The notes below the pieces were generated by a model that searched no databases, was not told the DNA's origin, and saw only the letters and a list, made by a program, of their open reading frames with translations. Positions 38,701 to 48,830 of a stretch of 64,000 nt of DNA are shown one piece after another. How positions within the stretch are numbered: position 1 is the first letter of the stretch; each line of letters begins with the position of its first letter. Source of the stretch: Candidatus Hermodarchaeota archaeon (GTDB lineage Archaea; Asgardarchaeota; Hermodarchaeia; Hermodarchaeales; Hermodarchaeaceae); assembly GCA_016839805.1 (NCBI GenBank), contig JAEOTO010000032.1, positions 206,725-270,724 of the forward strand, in the 5' to 3' direction. The position numbers were made by a program, and so were the translations under genes.

Positions 38701-40811
38701 AACTGACACCAGATCATGGCATCTACAAATGGAATAACACCACGAAAGCCCTTGAAAAAGTCAAAGCACTCAATTTGAAAAAAGGCGATCATATTCCTGT
38801 CATATGTTCAAATCATATACCTTCGGATTATTCCATATCCTCATTTAACGTCCTTCAAGAGCTGGTTATTAACCTCCCCCATACAAAAAAATTCCAAAAG
38901 TTTAAACATGCCACACGACTTCGTGAAGCGTCCAAATGGATGAAGTCTAAACTTAACCAGTTTGGTCTGAGTCTTCTACAAAATAAGACTAAGGTGAATT
39001 TGCAACCGAAACCAGGTCAATGGAAAATTTCTAACACTTTACGAAAATATTTCCAATCCAAACTTCCAAGACGACCCTACAAACAAATTTTCAACTACAA
39101 TTGGTTCAACTCTATTCCATTATCCCACTTGGAGATCCTTGAAAAAGAAGGCGTGTTCAAATGGGAAGAAATTCCAAACACGTCCAAAATTGGAATGGCA
39201 CGTGATGCAAAGACAATTTCTCCTTATATCCCATTTACAGATGAATTTTGTCGTCTTTTAGGATACTATGTCACTGAAGGTTACATAAGGGATGAACCTA
39301 GCTGCTACCAAACCAACTTTAGTGTTCCCAATCAGGAGATTCGTAATCATCTTAGAACACTAATTAAAAACATTCTTGGCTCGAAACCTTACTACAAGCA
39401 AGATAATCATCAACTAGTTCATTCAAATCGTATTCATGCGTATTTGTTGGCCTACGCATGGGAAATGGGCAAAAAAGCACTAGATAAACGAATACCAAAT
39501 TTCATTTTCAATGCCAAGAAACAACACCAACTTCATTTTATATCAGCCCTCATCGATGCGGACGGATCAATAATTCCCCAAGCATGCCGAACTACCCTCT
39601 ATACGGGTAATAAAAAACTAGCAGAAGATTATTGTCTCCTTTTCTCGTCCTTAGGAATTTTTGCCCGAATTAGTCCTGTAAAAGGTGGACGCTTTGGTCA
39701 AAAAGTGTTAGAAAGATACGATGAACTTGGGATCCCACCGAAGGAAACAACGGGTCTTTACCACGTCAATATTCCCGGATGGGAGAACATACCACTATTA
39801 CCAAATCTATTATTGGTTCATAGGAAAAAATCTGAAAGTGTCCAGAAAATAATCAGAGAGGGGTACCCCAAGTCGCAAAGGATTTCAAGAATTAGTGACT
39901 CGATGATAGCTGATCAAATTAAAAATATTGAATATTCCCATGAAACTAATCCTTCATACTGTCTTGAAGTTCAAACGGTGAACGAAGAAGTTCCTGCTTA
40001 TCATAACATCGCTCAAAACACAATGTTATGCGTTGCTCAATGTGATGGTGATGAGGATAGTGTGTTGTTGGCTCTTGATCCGATGATTAATTTTTCGCGG
40101 GAGTATCTTCCAACGTCGCGGGGTGGGACGATGGATACTCCGTTGGTGCTCAGTGTGTCGATCACTCCGAAGGAAATTGATGCTGAAGCACATAACATTG
40201 ATGGAAATGGGATTTATCCGCTTGAGTTTTATGAGCGGACGATGCAATTCGCAGATCCCAAGGATGTCGAAGATATCTTTGATTTAGTAGCTCATCGGGT
40301 GGTTGATCATCGAATTAGTCCTACAGCAGAGTCCTATGGCCTGCAGTTTTCACATCCTACAGGTGATGTAAATTATGGTCCACGGATTACTACCTATACG
40401 AAATTGAATACAATGCAAGAAAAGGTTGAGCGCCAATTCGCTATTGGAAGGCGAATTGCAGCAGTGGACGTCCAAGACATGGCTAGGAGACTTTTGGACT
40501 CCCATTTCCTTCCTGATATTTTTGGAAACATTCGGGCTTTCTCCACTCAGCAATTTCGGTGTACAAGTTGTAATGAAAAATATCGGCGTATACCATTATC
40601 TGGTAAATGTTCAGTGTGTTCAGGAAAATTGGTATTAACTGTCACTAAAGCTGGAATTATCAAATATTTGGATTTAGCAACCAAAATCGCTCAAGAATAT
40701 AATCTACCTCAATATTACCAACAACGATTAGAGATGGCAGCCAGAATCGTCGATTCGCTCTTTCCTCCTGAAGAAGATAAACAACAAACCACTCTAAAGC
40801 GGTTTTCATGA
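35745..40811 (+). CDS. polC: DNA polymerase D large subunit DP2, intein-containing
   Basis: AGPIRAAGGT, RYGRSRNTG, KDGTIRFD, HAAKRRN|CDGDED, C-terminal Zn finger. Confidence 0.97.
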   Translation: MRYQESYITAIKDEVQRLDQTAKKARGKGLDPTPNVEMHPADDVAGRVEGLVGPPGVGERIRQLSETEPAQSVAFEIAREIIHGARTEGLDIEAAAEQAIRTALAILTEGITAGPIEGIATVKVKTNTDGSRYLAVYFAGPIRAAGGTEAAQTVIVADAVRQELDLDRYKPSIEHVERYVEEVDLYNRQSHLQYPSKPEEVRVAARNIPVEVTGEPTAEVEVTGYRDLPGVETNRLRGGAILVLNDSILGKTHKLANLVVQHSLSGWDWLENLAPSETDENFIEHRIQPEEKYLEDMPAGRPALAYPSRKGGFRIRYGRSRNTGLAALGVHPATMVLLDNYIACGTQLKIERPGKGCIAMPVDSIHGPIVKLHNGSIIRVDKVDEANQIRDYIAKILFLGDLLIGFGEFRENNHLLIPAGYCPEWWAQEVLSGFLSASSAQRDELFQSVDKQTFSLILNEPFQNFPDPWQALAISTIIGAPLHPRYLYFWEDLSATQLQTLQKWTLQLTVKHNKSRVIELHGPLDTEIEQIIDTLCIPCEIKENKIAFKEAAPILHALFLGETRCKFTSSLDDTIDIMSYLQANWVIPIHPKGTFYIGARIGRPEKAKRRKMDPPPHGIFPVGNAGGATRDIRKAEKKSSITVETNIRLCPRCRENTFLRICPECEIETESIRWCPTCKRQTKAQTCGECGNSTNTYGQIELHLKKYMDRARKCFGERLPGRVKGVKGLMSKHKTPEPLEKAILRARHDLFVYKDGTIRFDMTDAPLTHFKPCELNVSSEKLRELGYAFDRQGNTLNTKEQILELKTQDIIIPYDCAKHLYRVSKFIDDLLVQVYHLDPYYELKAPEDLLGHLVVGLAPHTSAGVIGRIIGFTPLRVCYAHPFWHAAKRRNCIDGSEEILIWDAEKTRLLRRPLGSTVEELINQEVKQRIVDDFGTIAIDNPYHNWFALSFDPEKLHPILQPIKHWIKGQSTNWVEITTQSGRSIKLTPDHGIYKWNNTTKALEKVKALNLKKGDHIPVICSNHIPSDYSISSFNVLQELVINLPHTKKFQKFKHATRLREASKWMKSKLNQFGLSLLQNKTKVNLQPKPGQWKISNTLRKYFQSKLPRRPYKQIFNYNWFNSIPLSHLEILEKEGVFKWEEIPNTSKIGMARDAKTISPYIPFTDEFCRLLGYYVTEGYIRDEPSCYQTNFSVPNQEIRNHLRTLIKNILGSKPYYKQDNHQLVHSNRIHAYLLAYAWEMGKKALDKRIPNFIFNAKKQHQLHFISALIDADGSIIPQACRTTLYTGNKKLAEDYCLLFSSLGIFARISPVKGGRFGQKVLERYDELGIPPKETTGLYHVNIPGWENIPLLPNLLLVHRKKSESVQKIIREGYPKSQRISRISDSMIADQIKNIEYSHETNPSYCLEVQTVNEEVPAYHNIAQNTMLCVAQCDGDEDSVLLALDPMINFSREYLPTSRGGTMDTPLVLSVSITPKEIDAEAHNIDGNGIYPLEFYERTMQFADPKDVEDIFDLVAHRVVDHRISPTAESYGLQFSHPTGDVNYGPRITTYTKLNTMQEKVERQFAIGRRIAAVDVQDMARRLLDSHFLPDIFGNIRAFSTQQFRCTSCNEKYRRIPLSGKCSVCSGKLVLTVTKAGIIKYLDLATKIAQEYNLPQYYQQRLEMAARIVDSLFPPEEDKQQTTLKRFS
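38418..40040 (+). mobile_element. Intein (541 aa) with LAGLIDADG endonuclease in the DP2 catalytic motif
   Basis: N|CIDGSE...LTPDH...LLGYYVTEG...ISALIDADG...YCLEV...VAQ|C. Confidence 0.93.
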
Positions 40812-40829
40812 AGTTACTCAGATTACATG

Positions 40830-41675
40830 CTATGGTGGTTTTTGTAAAAGAATTTTCATTAAATTCTTGTCACGAATGATACCAACTAGTTCACCTTGTG
40901 CAGTGGTGACTGGGAGTTGATCAATATCGTGTCGGCGCATGATTTTGGTGACCTCACCAATAGTGGCCTGCTCGTATGTGGTGATGATTCCGCTTATCAT
41001 CACTTCTGTTACAGGTTTATCTGGAAGTTGTAATTCATTTGTTGTAATATAGAGCACAGTTGTGGCGTCCCAAGACCAATCCGTTCCTTCGCTTGCTGCG
41101 GACGATGTCGATCTGCGTTCACGTACAATTTCACTTAGGTTTATTATATCGCTTACAGAGATGATTCCCACAAGGTCACCTTTCTCTGAGATAACAGGCA
41201 AAACATCAGTAGCAGCTAACCGCATTATCGTGTACGCGGCTTTCAGAGGTGTATTTTCCCAAACAGCTGTTACTTGTCGCTCAACAAAAGGTGTGATTGG
41301 CTCATCGACATATTGCACGCTTATGACCTTTCGGATTATCTGATGGACCGTAATCATACCTTTCAGGCGACGTTTTGAATCAACTACCGCTAGCCGTCGA
41401 ATTCCTTGGTCCAGAAGAATTCGAACTGCTTCTTCAACGTCGTTTGTCTGAGAGATTACAGGTGGGTTTCTATCCATTAAGAGTGCTAATTGATCCTCAT
41501 CGGCTTTTCGCATCAAGTCAAGACGTGATACCATTCCTGCCAGCTCCTGGGTATCCTTTTTCACTAAAGGAATAGCCGTTTTTCCATGATCTGACATAAT
41601 CTGGAGTACAGTGTCACGAGTACCAGGAACTGACGCCTGAGCAAATTCCGTCTTCATCACTTCTTTAACTTTCAT
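40830..41675 (-). CDS. CBS-domain protein (four CBS repeats)
   Basis: Repeated LPV/LVGII motifs. Confidence 0.9.
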   Translation of the reverse strand: MKVKEVMKTEFAQASVPGTRDTVLQIMSDHGKTAIPLVKKDTQELAGMVSRLDLMRKADEDQLALLMDRNPPVISQTNDVEEAVRILLDQGIRRLAVVDSKRRLKGMITVHQIIRKVISVQYVDEPITPFVERQVTAVWENTPLKAAYTIMRLAATDVLPVISEKGDLVGIISVSDIINLSEIVRERRSTSSAASEGTDWSWDATTVLYITTNELQLPDKPVTEVMISGIITTYEQATIGEVTKIMRRHDIDQLPVTTAQGELVGIIRDKNLMKILLQKPP

Positions 41676-41777
41676 AATAACGCATCCCGAGGAGCAATAT
41701 CACTGACAAAACAGCATGATATTGAAAACCTTAAGTTATTGGACACAGACCGTTAAAAAGGGTTGCTAATCGGATTT

Positions 41778-43109
41778 TCATCGCATTTTGATATAATCAT
41801 AGGCATCGCGTGCTGTATCAAATGCGTAAAAGACCTTTTGAAACTCTTTACGAAACTGAGCAACATCTTTAGCAACCTTGTTTGTAGCTTCTTGGTTAAA
41901 GACAATTCTACGCATGAATTCTGCTATTTGTGTCATCTCCGGTTCTTTCATACCAAGGCGAGTAATTTCGCTAGTACCCAATCGTATTCCGCCTGGGCGG
42001 ATATAATCTCGACCAAACCGTTTGTCCCATGGAAGTAGATTTCGGTTTATGATAATATTTGCGTCTTCTAATTTTTCTTCTACAGCACGCCCGTTTCGAA
42101 GGGGCGTATCTGCCACTTCAATTAATAGAACGTGTGATTTGGTAAATCCCTTATGTTCTGCAAGAACCTTGAATCCTTCTTCGGTTAAGGCTTGTCCAAG
42201 GGCTTGAGCGTTCTTAATGATTTGTTGACTATACTCTTTTCCAAATGCCAGCATTTCAGCCATCACAACAGCTTTCGCGGCAACGTGGTGTAGATGATGG
42301 TTACTGTGAAGTGCTGGAAAGACGCCTCGTTTAATACGATCAGCAAATTGTTCATGCGCAACAATACATCCTCCTTGGGGACCTGGAAGGGTTTTATGCG
42401 TGCTGAATGTGAGACTATCTGCCCCTTCACGAAGAGGATCTTGGAAATTATCAGAAGCAACTAATCCTGCGACGTGCGCTGCATCATAGTTTACATAAGA
42501 ACCATTTTCCTTGGCAACCTGTGAAATCTCATCTATTGGTTGAGGAAACGGAAACACTGAGGCTCCAAACATAAAGAGGTCAATATGCTTGCCCTTTTGC
42601 TTTAACCGTTCGATTTTTCTTATCGTCGCATCAACATCAATGTTCAACTCGTATTCATCATACTTGAAATACTGAACTTTAAGGCCTCGTACACGGCCTG
42701 CTGTGCCCCATAAACGATGACGAGCTGATGAAATGTGACCACCAGTTGGAATCGATAAACACATCATTCGATCGCCTGGTTCAGTAAACGCTGTGAGGAT
42801 ACTCAGATTTGCTAGTACTCCACTAATTGGGCGAACATCAGCAAATTCCGCTCGGAAGAGCTCTTTCGTAAGTTCGTTGCCTAAAATCTCAACCTCATCA
42901 ATGTATTTCGTCCCAGCGTATACGCGTTCGCCAGGCCAGCCCTCCGCATAGCGGTCGCTGAAATCTACTTGCATTGCTTCCCGAACTGCAGGAGAGTGAA
43001 CATTCTCAGAGGCAATTAAATTGATAGTTTCTCGCATCCAGGAATGGTGCTTTTCTAGGAGTGAGAATATCTTATCATAAGCTGAACGGGGGTCATCTGG
43101 AGTCATCAT
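41778..43109 (-). CDS. glyA: Serine hydroxymethyltransferase
   Basis: LIASEN, YAEG, GGHIS, DAAH, STHKTLPGPQGG, GIRLGT. Confidence 0.96.
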   Translation of the reverse strand: MMTPDDPRSAYDKIFSLLEKHHSWMRETINLIASENVHSPAVREAMQVDFSDRYAEGWPGERVYAGTKYIDEVEILGNELTKELFRAEFADVRPISGVLANLSILTAFTEPGDRMMCLSIPTGGHISSARHRLWGTAGRVRGLKVQYFKYDEYELNIDVDATIRKIERLKQKGKHIDLFMFGASVFPFPQPIDEISQVAKENGSYVNYDAAHVAGLVASDNFQDPLREGADSLTFSTHKTLPGPQGGCIVAHEQFADRIKRGVFPALHSNHHLHHVAAKAVVMAEMLAFGKEYSQQIIKNAQALGQALTEEGFKVLAEHKGFTKSHVLLIEVADTPLRNGRAVEEKLEDANIIINRNLLPWDKRFGRDYIRPGGIRLGTSEITRLGMKEPEMTQIAEFMRRIVFNQEATNKVAKDVAQFRKEFQKVFYAFDTARDAYDYIKMR

Positions 43110-43215
43110 AATCTACTCTTGCATTTTTCAACTAGCCAGAGATAATTGTTAATTCAAGAAACCTTAAAAACGGATAGGATTTAAGAATCTCACACAATTA
43201 CTATGCCGGGATTGC

Positions 43216-43413
43216 ATGCCAAAATCAAAAAAGAAACGACAATCTGAAGGTCCAATGCCTGCTGCCGGAGCAGGACTTATCCGGTTCTTTGCTGATTCTA
43301 GTGAAGGCATAAAAGTGGGTCCAATTACGGTTCTCATACTTTCAATTTCGCTAATGGTTATTGTACTATTAGCCCAACTTGGAGTATTAGCTTTCTTCTT
43401 CCCAACTTTCTAG
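43216..43413 (+). CDS. secG: Preprotein translocase subunit Sec61beta
   Basis: AGAGLIRFF...IKVGP followed by a TM helix. Confidence 0.9.
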   Translation: MPKSKKKRQSEGPMPAAGAGLIRFFADSSEGIKVGPITVLILSISLMVIVLLAQLGVLAFFFPTF

Positions 43414-43508
43414 CCTTATGATACAGTGTTTCTAGCAGGCTTAATTAGGGAAAATGCTTATTCCTGCTGATAGTAGATTCTCCTTAAAATGTAGCATGGG
43501 ACCTAAGA

Positions 43509-44552
43509 ATGTGGCAGTCCTCCTCTGATTTCAAGCTGGTTAGTTCACGAAACCTAGTTATTAGCGCAGGTAAGCAACGATTTCTATTTGATCCAACTGT
43601 AGTTAAGAGTCATTGGCGATCACAAAATACGATTGCATGCATTTCCCATGCCCATACAGATCATATCGCTGCATTTGAAAGCTCGCTTCAGAAAATCGTG
43701 ACTCCTCCAACTTTGGATATATACAGAGCTCTTGGAGGTAAGCCCAGCAAATTTCACCCTATTGTACCAGGTGAAGAATTTTCATTAACAGATGGGGGAT
43801 CAATACAGGTTCACCCAGCTGGTCATATGCTCGGTGCAGCACAATTTGTTCTCGAAAAAAATGGGGCAAGACTTGTTTACACTGGTGATTTTAATCTCAC
43901 TTCCTCCCTAACTGTTAATGGTGCGAATCCTATACGATGTGATGTTCTATTAATGGAAGCAACTTATGGACGACCTGATGCTGTATTCCCACCCCGCGAA
44001 CGTGTATACGCTGAAATCGCCGAGTGGACCAGTCATGAATTAACCAAGGGAAAAATTCCAGCATTTCAGGTCTATGCTCGGGGAAAAGCTCAGGAGATTA
44101 TTCAGATAGTAAATACGTATCTTACAACACCAGTAGTTGTAGATTCGACAATTGCTAAGGTCAGTGAGATATATCGAAAATATGATATTCCCCTCGAATT
44201 CATCAATGAACGCTCTGAGGAAGGACGAGAAGTAATGCGTCAGGGCGGATATGTATACATTTCATCAAAGAGTTTACGTTCACCAAAATCGATTTTCAGG
44301 CACCAGTATGTTCGAGCCGCAGCAACAGGATGGGCGCAACTATACCAATTGAAAAAAGTAGACAGGGCATTTCCCCTATCAGCACACGCAGATTTTCAAC
44401 AACTAGTTCAATATGTACAAGCTGCTAAACCACGTGCAGTGTATCTTACTTGTGGGGACACCGTTACTTTTGGCGCAGTGCTTGAGAAATTAAATGTGAA
44501 GCAAATTGTACCTCAACGCCGTCGACAATTAGAGCTTTTGGATTTTGTTTAA
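43509..44552 (+). CDS. MBL-fold beta-CASP nuclease
   Basis: SHAHTDH, AGHMLG, YTGD, EATYG, LSAHAD. Confidence 0.9.
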   Translation: MWQSSSDFKLVSSRNLVISAGKQRFLFDPTVVKSHWRSQNTIACISHAHTDHIAAFESSLQKIVTPPTLDIYRALGGKPSKFHPIVPGEEFSLTDGGSIQVHPAGHMLGAAQFVLEKNGARLVYTGDFNLTSSLTVNGANPIRCDVLLMEATYGRPDAVFPPRERVYAEIAEWTSHELTKGKIPAFQVYARGKAQEIIQIVNTYLTTPVVVDSTIAKVSEIYRKYDIPLEFINERSEEGREVMRQGGYVYISSKSLRSPKSIFRHQYVRAAATGWAQLYQLKKVDRAFPLSAHADFQQLVQYVQAAKPRAVYLTCGDTVTFGAVLEKLNVKQIVPQRRRQLELLDFV

Positions 44553-44624
44553 GATTTAGAGAAGCTATCGAATTCGCGCACAGTGATGAATCAAATTTTT
44601 TTAATGGATTTAACAGAGTGATGA

Positions 44625-45887
44625 TTACATTGATATTCCAGAAACATAGGGGGCACCCCCTAGGACGGCTTGAGCGGCTTTCCCTACGCGTTGGCGAAAA
44701 GGCGCAGTCGTATAAACACGAATAATATCGAGATAGCCCTTTAATGAGGAAATCACTCGAGATAACTCCACTATATCGACTGCCACTTTCTTTTTCCCGA
44801 TATATGCAAAACCAGGGATTTTCATTGGATCTAATTGAGTGGAATGACGATAAGGTACCGAAGGAAGAATCGGTGAATCCAGATGCACCTTATCAACATT
44901 AACCTTCGCCTTAGCTGCAATCTCTTCTTCTATCTGTCTTCGGACACTTTCCTTATCTAACAAATCGATGGTTGGATGATCCTGGACAAGAGATTCAACA
45001 GTATACGCGCATTTGAGTAATTCTCGTCGCTCAAGGCGCTCGATAATTGGTCGTGAAGCCTTACATTGTTTTAATCCGGTCCAAGTTGTATAGTCATCCA
45101 TATTTAGATAATCATCCGGGTTCTTAAACGCTGATAAGCCCAACTCTTCATCTGCAATCTTCAGAGCGTCAGCTAACATGCGTTGTACTCCGCGGCATAC
45201 CCGATGATAATAGATGCTACGAAAACTCAAAACTCTTGCAATTAAAAACGCCTCAAGGGTTGTAATTGCCGTGATATTTACAGCTAAATTCCCCTGAAAT
45301 GGCTCAATAGTATAAATTAACCGAAAAATGTCAACACTGCCGTATTCAGCTCCAGTATGGAAGGAGTCACGTACAATATAATCTAACTTATCAGCATCCA
45401 CCGAACTGCGAATAACTTGGTTGAGAAACGTTCTAGTTTTCTTTTGCAATTTTCCAACAACAAGTTGGCTCAAATCACCAGTATTGAATCCCGCGTCTTT
45501 CAAAATATCAGCTAGCTCTGTAGATTGGACTAGCCAAGTGGTTATATCCTCATGGTTCCGTCCCTGCTTTACTAAAATTTCTTCGAAAATGTGACTAAAG
45601 GGACCATGACCAATATCATGCAACAATCCAGCTAATCGTAATGATTGTATTTCATTTTCATCATTAGTGATATTCTCCGCCATCAATCCTGCTAGATGCA
45701 TTGCTCCTACGCTGTGTTCAAATCGTGTATGATTAGCACCAGGGTAGACAAATTCCGCTCCAGCTAATTGCCGTAAACGACGTAACCGTTGTACAACTTT
45801 GGTATCGATAATACGCTTTTCCAGTGGAGTGATTGCTACATAACCATACAAGGGGTCTTTGATGAACCCCCACCTTTCACGAACCAA
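44625..45887 (-). CDS. HD-domain phosphohydrolase (SAMHD1/dNTPase-like)
   Basis: QRLRRLRQL, HTRFEHS, LHDIGHGPFSH, DADKLDY. Confidence 0.92.
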   Translation of the reverse strand: MVRERWGFIKDPLYGYVAITPLEKRIIDTKVVQRLRRLRQLAGAEFVYPGANHTRFEHSVGAMHLAGLMAENITNDENEIQSLRLAGLLHDIGHGPFSHIFEEILVKQGRNHEDITTWLVQSTELADILKDAGFNTGDLSQLVVGKLQKKTRTFLNQVIRSSVDADKLDYIVRDSFHTGAEYGSVDIFRLIYTIEPFQGNLAVNITAITTLEAFLIARVLSFRSIYYHRVCRGVQRMLADALKIADEELGLSAFKNPDDYLNMDDYTTWTGLKQCKASRPIIERLERRELLKCAYTVESLVQDHPTIDLLDKESVRRQIEEEIAAKAKVNVDKVHLDSPILPSVPYRHSTQLDPMKIPGFAYIGKKKVAVDIVELSRVISSLKGYLDIIRVYTTAPFRQRVGKAAQAVLGGAPYVSGISM

Positions 45888-45961
45888 ATAATAAACCTCC
45901 TTAACTATTGAACACTGTTCTACAATTACAGATAACTTTACTGCTCAAATTACATTTGAAA

Positions 45962-46336
45962 TCACTCTAAATTCATCGCAAGAGTCTCTTCGCTATCTAA
46001 TTTCAACACAACTTGTCGTACAACCGATAACACAGACGACACTTTACTCGCATTTTTTTGTGATAAAAAGAAATTCACAACAACAATTCCCCCCAACTTT
46101 TGAGCCGCAACATCTGCAATCGCCCGCACCTCGGCTTGATATCGCGTTCCTACCATACACGAGGTCGCCGTTGGCGACAACTCTCCGAACGGTGTCGGAA
46201 CCCCAATCGCAATAGTTCCAAACCGGTGTTCTCCATCAGTTATCAACATCAACGTCCCATTTGCCAAACGACTCACAGCAATACTAATTCGAAGATCATC
46301 AACCTCTACAGACTCTTCTACAAACTCCGGAGTCAT
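45962..46336 (-). CDS. Hypothetical protein, possibly proteasome assembly chaperone 4-like
   Basis: NGTLMLITD...FGTIAIGVP...RAIADVAAQK pattern; family assignment tentative. Confidence 0.5.
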   Translation of the reverse strand: MTPEFVEESVEVDDLRISIAVSRLANGTLMLITDGEHRFGTIAIGVPTPFGELSPTATSCMVGTRYQAEVRAIADVAAQKLGGIVVVNFFLSQKNASKVSSVLSVVRQVVLKLDSEETLAMNLE

Positions 46337-46414
46337 TCTACCACCAACCTTTCATACCCTTATTTCCAACGGCTTCAAAAAGGATGCTATATCAAGGAAA
46401 CCAAGAACGGTAAT

Positions 46415-47323
46415 TTAACAACCAACTCGCTTTTTCAGAATCTCCCATTCACGGTTAATACCACGCTCAAACTCCTTCACACGTTCAGGATCTTTAATGA
46501 GCGTCCGAAATCGACCCTGCGGCTTCAAATAATCCATCAACGGCTTCCGCTTTATTTTACCCTCTGCAATTCGCTTACTAAGACCCAAAAACCGCCACTC
46601 ATCTCCCTCCTTCTCCCACATGATCCATACACCAGTTTCAACCGCTAGTTTACCAAATTTAACACTGTCCCAGGTCGCACACCGCCAACCTGTCGGGCAC
46701 ATCGCATGTACTTCAATGAAACGTGTTCCAACAACATCCTTGGCTTTGGAATAGGTTTCAAAAACCAATCGAGGATATGCAGCCGAAATTGACGCCGTAT
46801 ACGGAATCCCGTGTTCCGCCATAATTCTAGCCATTGGTTTACGGTGCTCTTGTTTTCCGATAATTGGTGTAGTTGTGCTAAACGCACCATAGGGAGTAGC
46901 GCCAGAACGTTGTTGACCAGTATTGCCATAGCTCTCATTGTTGTAACAAGTGTAGATGAAGTTAGTCTGTCGTTCGGCAGCACCGCTGAGGGCTTGGATA
47001 CCGATATCATAGGTTCCCCCGTCACCAGCCCAAGCCATAACGTTGATATCTTTGTCTTTGCCCATAAACTTGAGACCAGCAGCAATACCTGAGGCAGCTG
47101 CTCCGGCTGTTTCAAAGGCGGTGTTTAGAACGGGTAAATGGAGAGCATTTTTGGGGAATAGTCCTTGGATGACGGACATGCAACAAGCGGGAACTGTAAG
47201 AATAGTGTTACCGCCGAGTGCTTTTAGAGCATGGCGAATTGCAATGGTTGCACCACAGCCTGCACAGGCAGCATGACCAAGTTCAATGTATTCATCCCGT
47301 GGTAATTCTTTGATGGTTACCAT
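46415..47323 (-). CDS. porB: Pyruvate/2-oxoacid:ferredoxin oxidoreductase beta subunit
   Basis: GHAACAGCG, GDGGTYDIG, NNESYGNTG, CPTGW. Confidence 0.93.
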   Translation of the reverse strand: MVTIKELPRDEYIELGHAACAGCGATIAIRHALKALGGNTILTVPACCMSVIQGLFPKNALHLPVLNTAFETAGAAASGIAAGLKFMGKDKDINVMAWAGDGGTYDIGIQALSGAAERQTNFIYTCYNNESYGNTGQQRSGATPYGAFSTTTPIIGKQEHRKPMARIMAEHGIPYTASISAAYPRLVFETYSKAKDVVGTRFIEVHAMCPTGWRCATWDSVKFGKLAVETGVWIMWEKEGDEWRFLGLSKRIAEGKIKRKPLMDYLKPQGRFRTLIKDPERVKEFERGINREWEILKKRVGC

Positions 47324-47329
47324 TGTTGT

Positions 47330-48508
47330 TCACCTTTTTAGTCCATAGAAAATATCGGGTTTTACTTCACCTTTATCGGCGGCGTCAAAACCGAGGTGTA
47401 TCAATTTCTTAATGTCAGTGTAGCGAACGTCTCGACCACCAAGTCCAGCAATGACGCCTTGAACAGGGATAGTTTGACCGCCTCGGTAGAGGGCAGAACG
47501 GATTTCTGTGACCGCACCACCCAGGTGTCCATAAGAAAGACTTCGGTCAACAACAACAAAGGCTTTAGCTTTGTTTGCAAGGGCTTGAATTTGTTCCGCA
47601 GGAAATGGGCGGAACACACGGAGTCGAGCGGATCCTGCTCGAATTCCTTCATTTCGAAGTTCTTCGACAGCAAGTTGGGCTTCTTCACCCATGGTTCCCA
47701 TAGCAATGAAAATGACTTCAGCATCGTCACATTGGTACGTGTCGATGAAACCGCCATGAAATCGACCAAAGTGTTTCTTGAAGTCGGCTTCAACTTTGGG
47801 GATCATTTTTCGTGCGGCTTCAAAGCCTTCATGAACAGCGTAGCTTAGTTCATAGTAATATTCAGGTCCAGCAATATTTCCCGTTGCCATAGGGTCTTTT
47901 GGATCGAGCTTCCAATGCTCTGCTTGATAGGATGGGAGAAAATCGGTAATTTCTTCATGATCGTAGACTTCAATGGAAGTGAAAGTGTGACTAAGGATAT
48001 ACGCATCCAAAGCCACCATTCCTGGAAGCAAAACTTTGGGGGCTTCGCATAAACGAAATAGCATGAGAACAGTGTCGTAGACTTCTTGGTTATTAGAAGC
48101 GTAGAATTGAATCCATCCTGTATCACGTTGGGCCATAGAATCTGAATGGTCAACCCAGATATTCCAGGGTGGTCCTAAGGATCGATTAACTACTGGCATT
48201 ACTACAGGCAATCGTGCACGACCTGCCCAGTGAAGCATTTCATGCATTAAAGCCAAGCCATGGGACGAGGTTGCTGTGAAGGTACGGAGCCCTAAAGCTG
48301 AAGCTCCAATACATGCAGCCATGGCGCTATGTTCGGATTCAACACGCACATATTCAGATTTTAAGTCACCATTTTCCACAAATTCAGCGATTTTCTCTAC
48401 GATAGTAGTTTGCGGTGTAATCGGATAAGCCGCGATTACCGCTGGAATCGCTGTTCGTGCTGCCCAAGAGGCGGAATGGTTGCCTGTTACTGATACGATT
48501 TTAGACAT
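47330..48508 (-). CDS. porA: Pyruvate/2-oxoacid:ferredoxin oxidoreductase alpha subunit
   Basis: AYPITPQT, VESEHSA, GLGGRD. Confidence 0.93.
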   Translation of the reverse strand: MSKIVSVTGNHSASWAARTAIPAVIAAYPITPQTTIVEKIAEFVENGDLKSEYVRVESEHSAMAACIGASALGLRTFTATSSHGLALMHEMLHWAGRARLPVVMPVVNRSLGPPWNIWVDHSDSMAQRDTGWIQFYASNNQEVYDTVLMLFRLCEAPKVLLPGMVALDAYILSHTFTSIEVYDHEEITDFLPSYQAEHWKLDPKDPMATGNIAGPEYYYELSYAVHEGFEAARKMIPKVEADFKKHFGRFHGGFIDTYQCDDAEVIFIAMGTMGEEAQLAVEELRNEGIRAGSARLRVFRPFPAEQIQALANKAKAFVVVDRSLSYGHLGGAVTEIRSALYRGGQTIPVQGVIAGLGGRDVRYTDIKKLIHLGFDAADKGEVKPDIFYGLKR

Positions 48509-48522
48509 TTTTCTTACCCGGT

Positions 48523-48828
48523 TTATTTCTCCACGGCTGCTTCTGCTTCAGTTTCACGCACACGACTGATTGCCTTGACTGGGCAGTTTGTTTCACAAAT
48601 CATACAACCTTTGCAGTATTCGAGATTGAAGACTGGCTTATTGTTTTCGTCCATAGTAATCGCAGTATCAGGACAATACATCCAACAGATTTGGCAACCA
48701 GTACATTTTTCCTTGTCCACAACTGGGCGAAATATGCGCCAATCACCTGTCAGGCCCATCGCGCCTGCTTCAGGATAGGTAATACAGGTAAACCGTCGGT
48801 TTGGTGGATTTCGTTTAAGTGGCGTCAT
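48523..48828 (-). CDS. porD: Pyruvate/2-oxoacid:ferredoxin oxidoreductase delta subunit
   Basis: TGDWR and two CxxCxxCxxxCP clusters. Confidence 0.93.
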   Translation of the reverse strand: MTPLKRNPPNRRFTCITYPEAGAMGLTGDWRIFRPVVDKEKCTGCQICWMYCPDTAITMDENNKPVFNLEYCKGCMICETNCPVKAISRVRETEAEAAVEK

Positions 48829-48830
48829 AA

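Noticed and set aside
22802-40040. Both inteins are exactly 541 aa
   Set aside because: The sequences are not alike beyond generic intein motifs; treated as coincidence.
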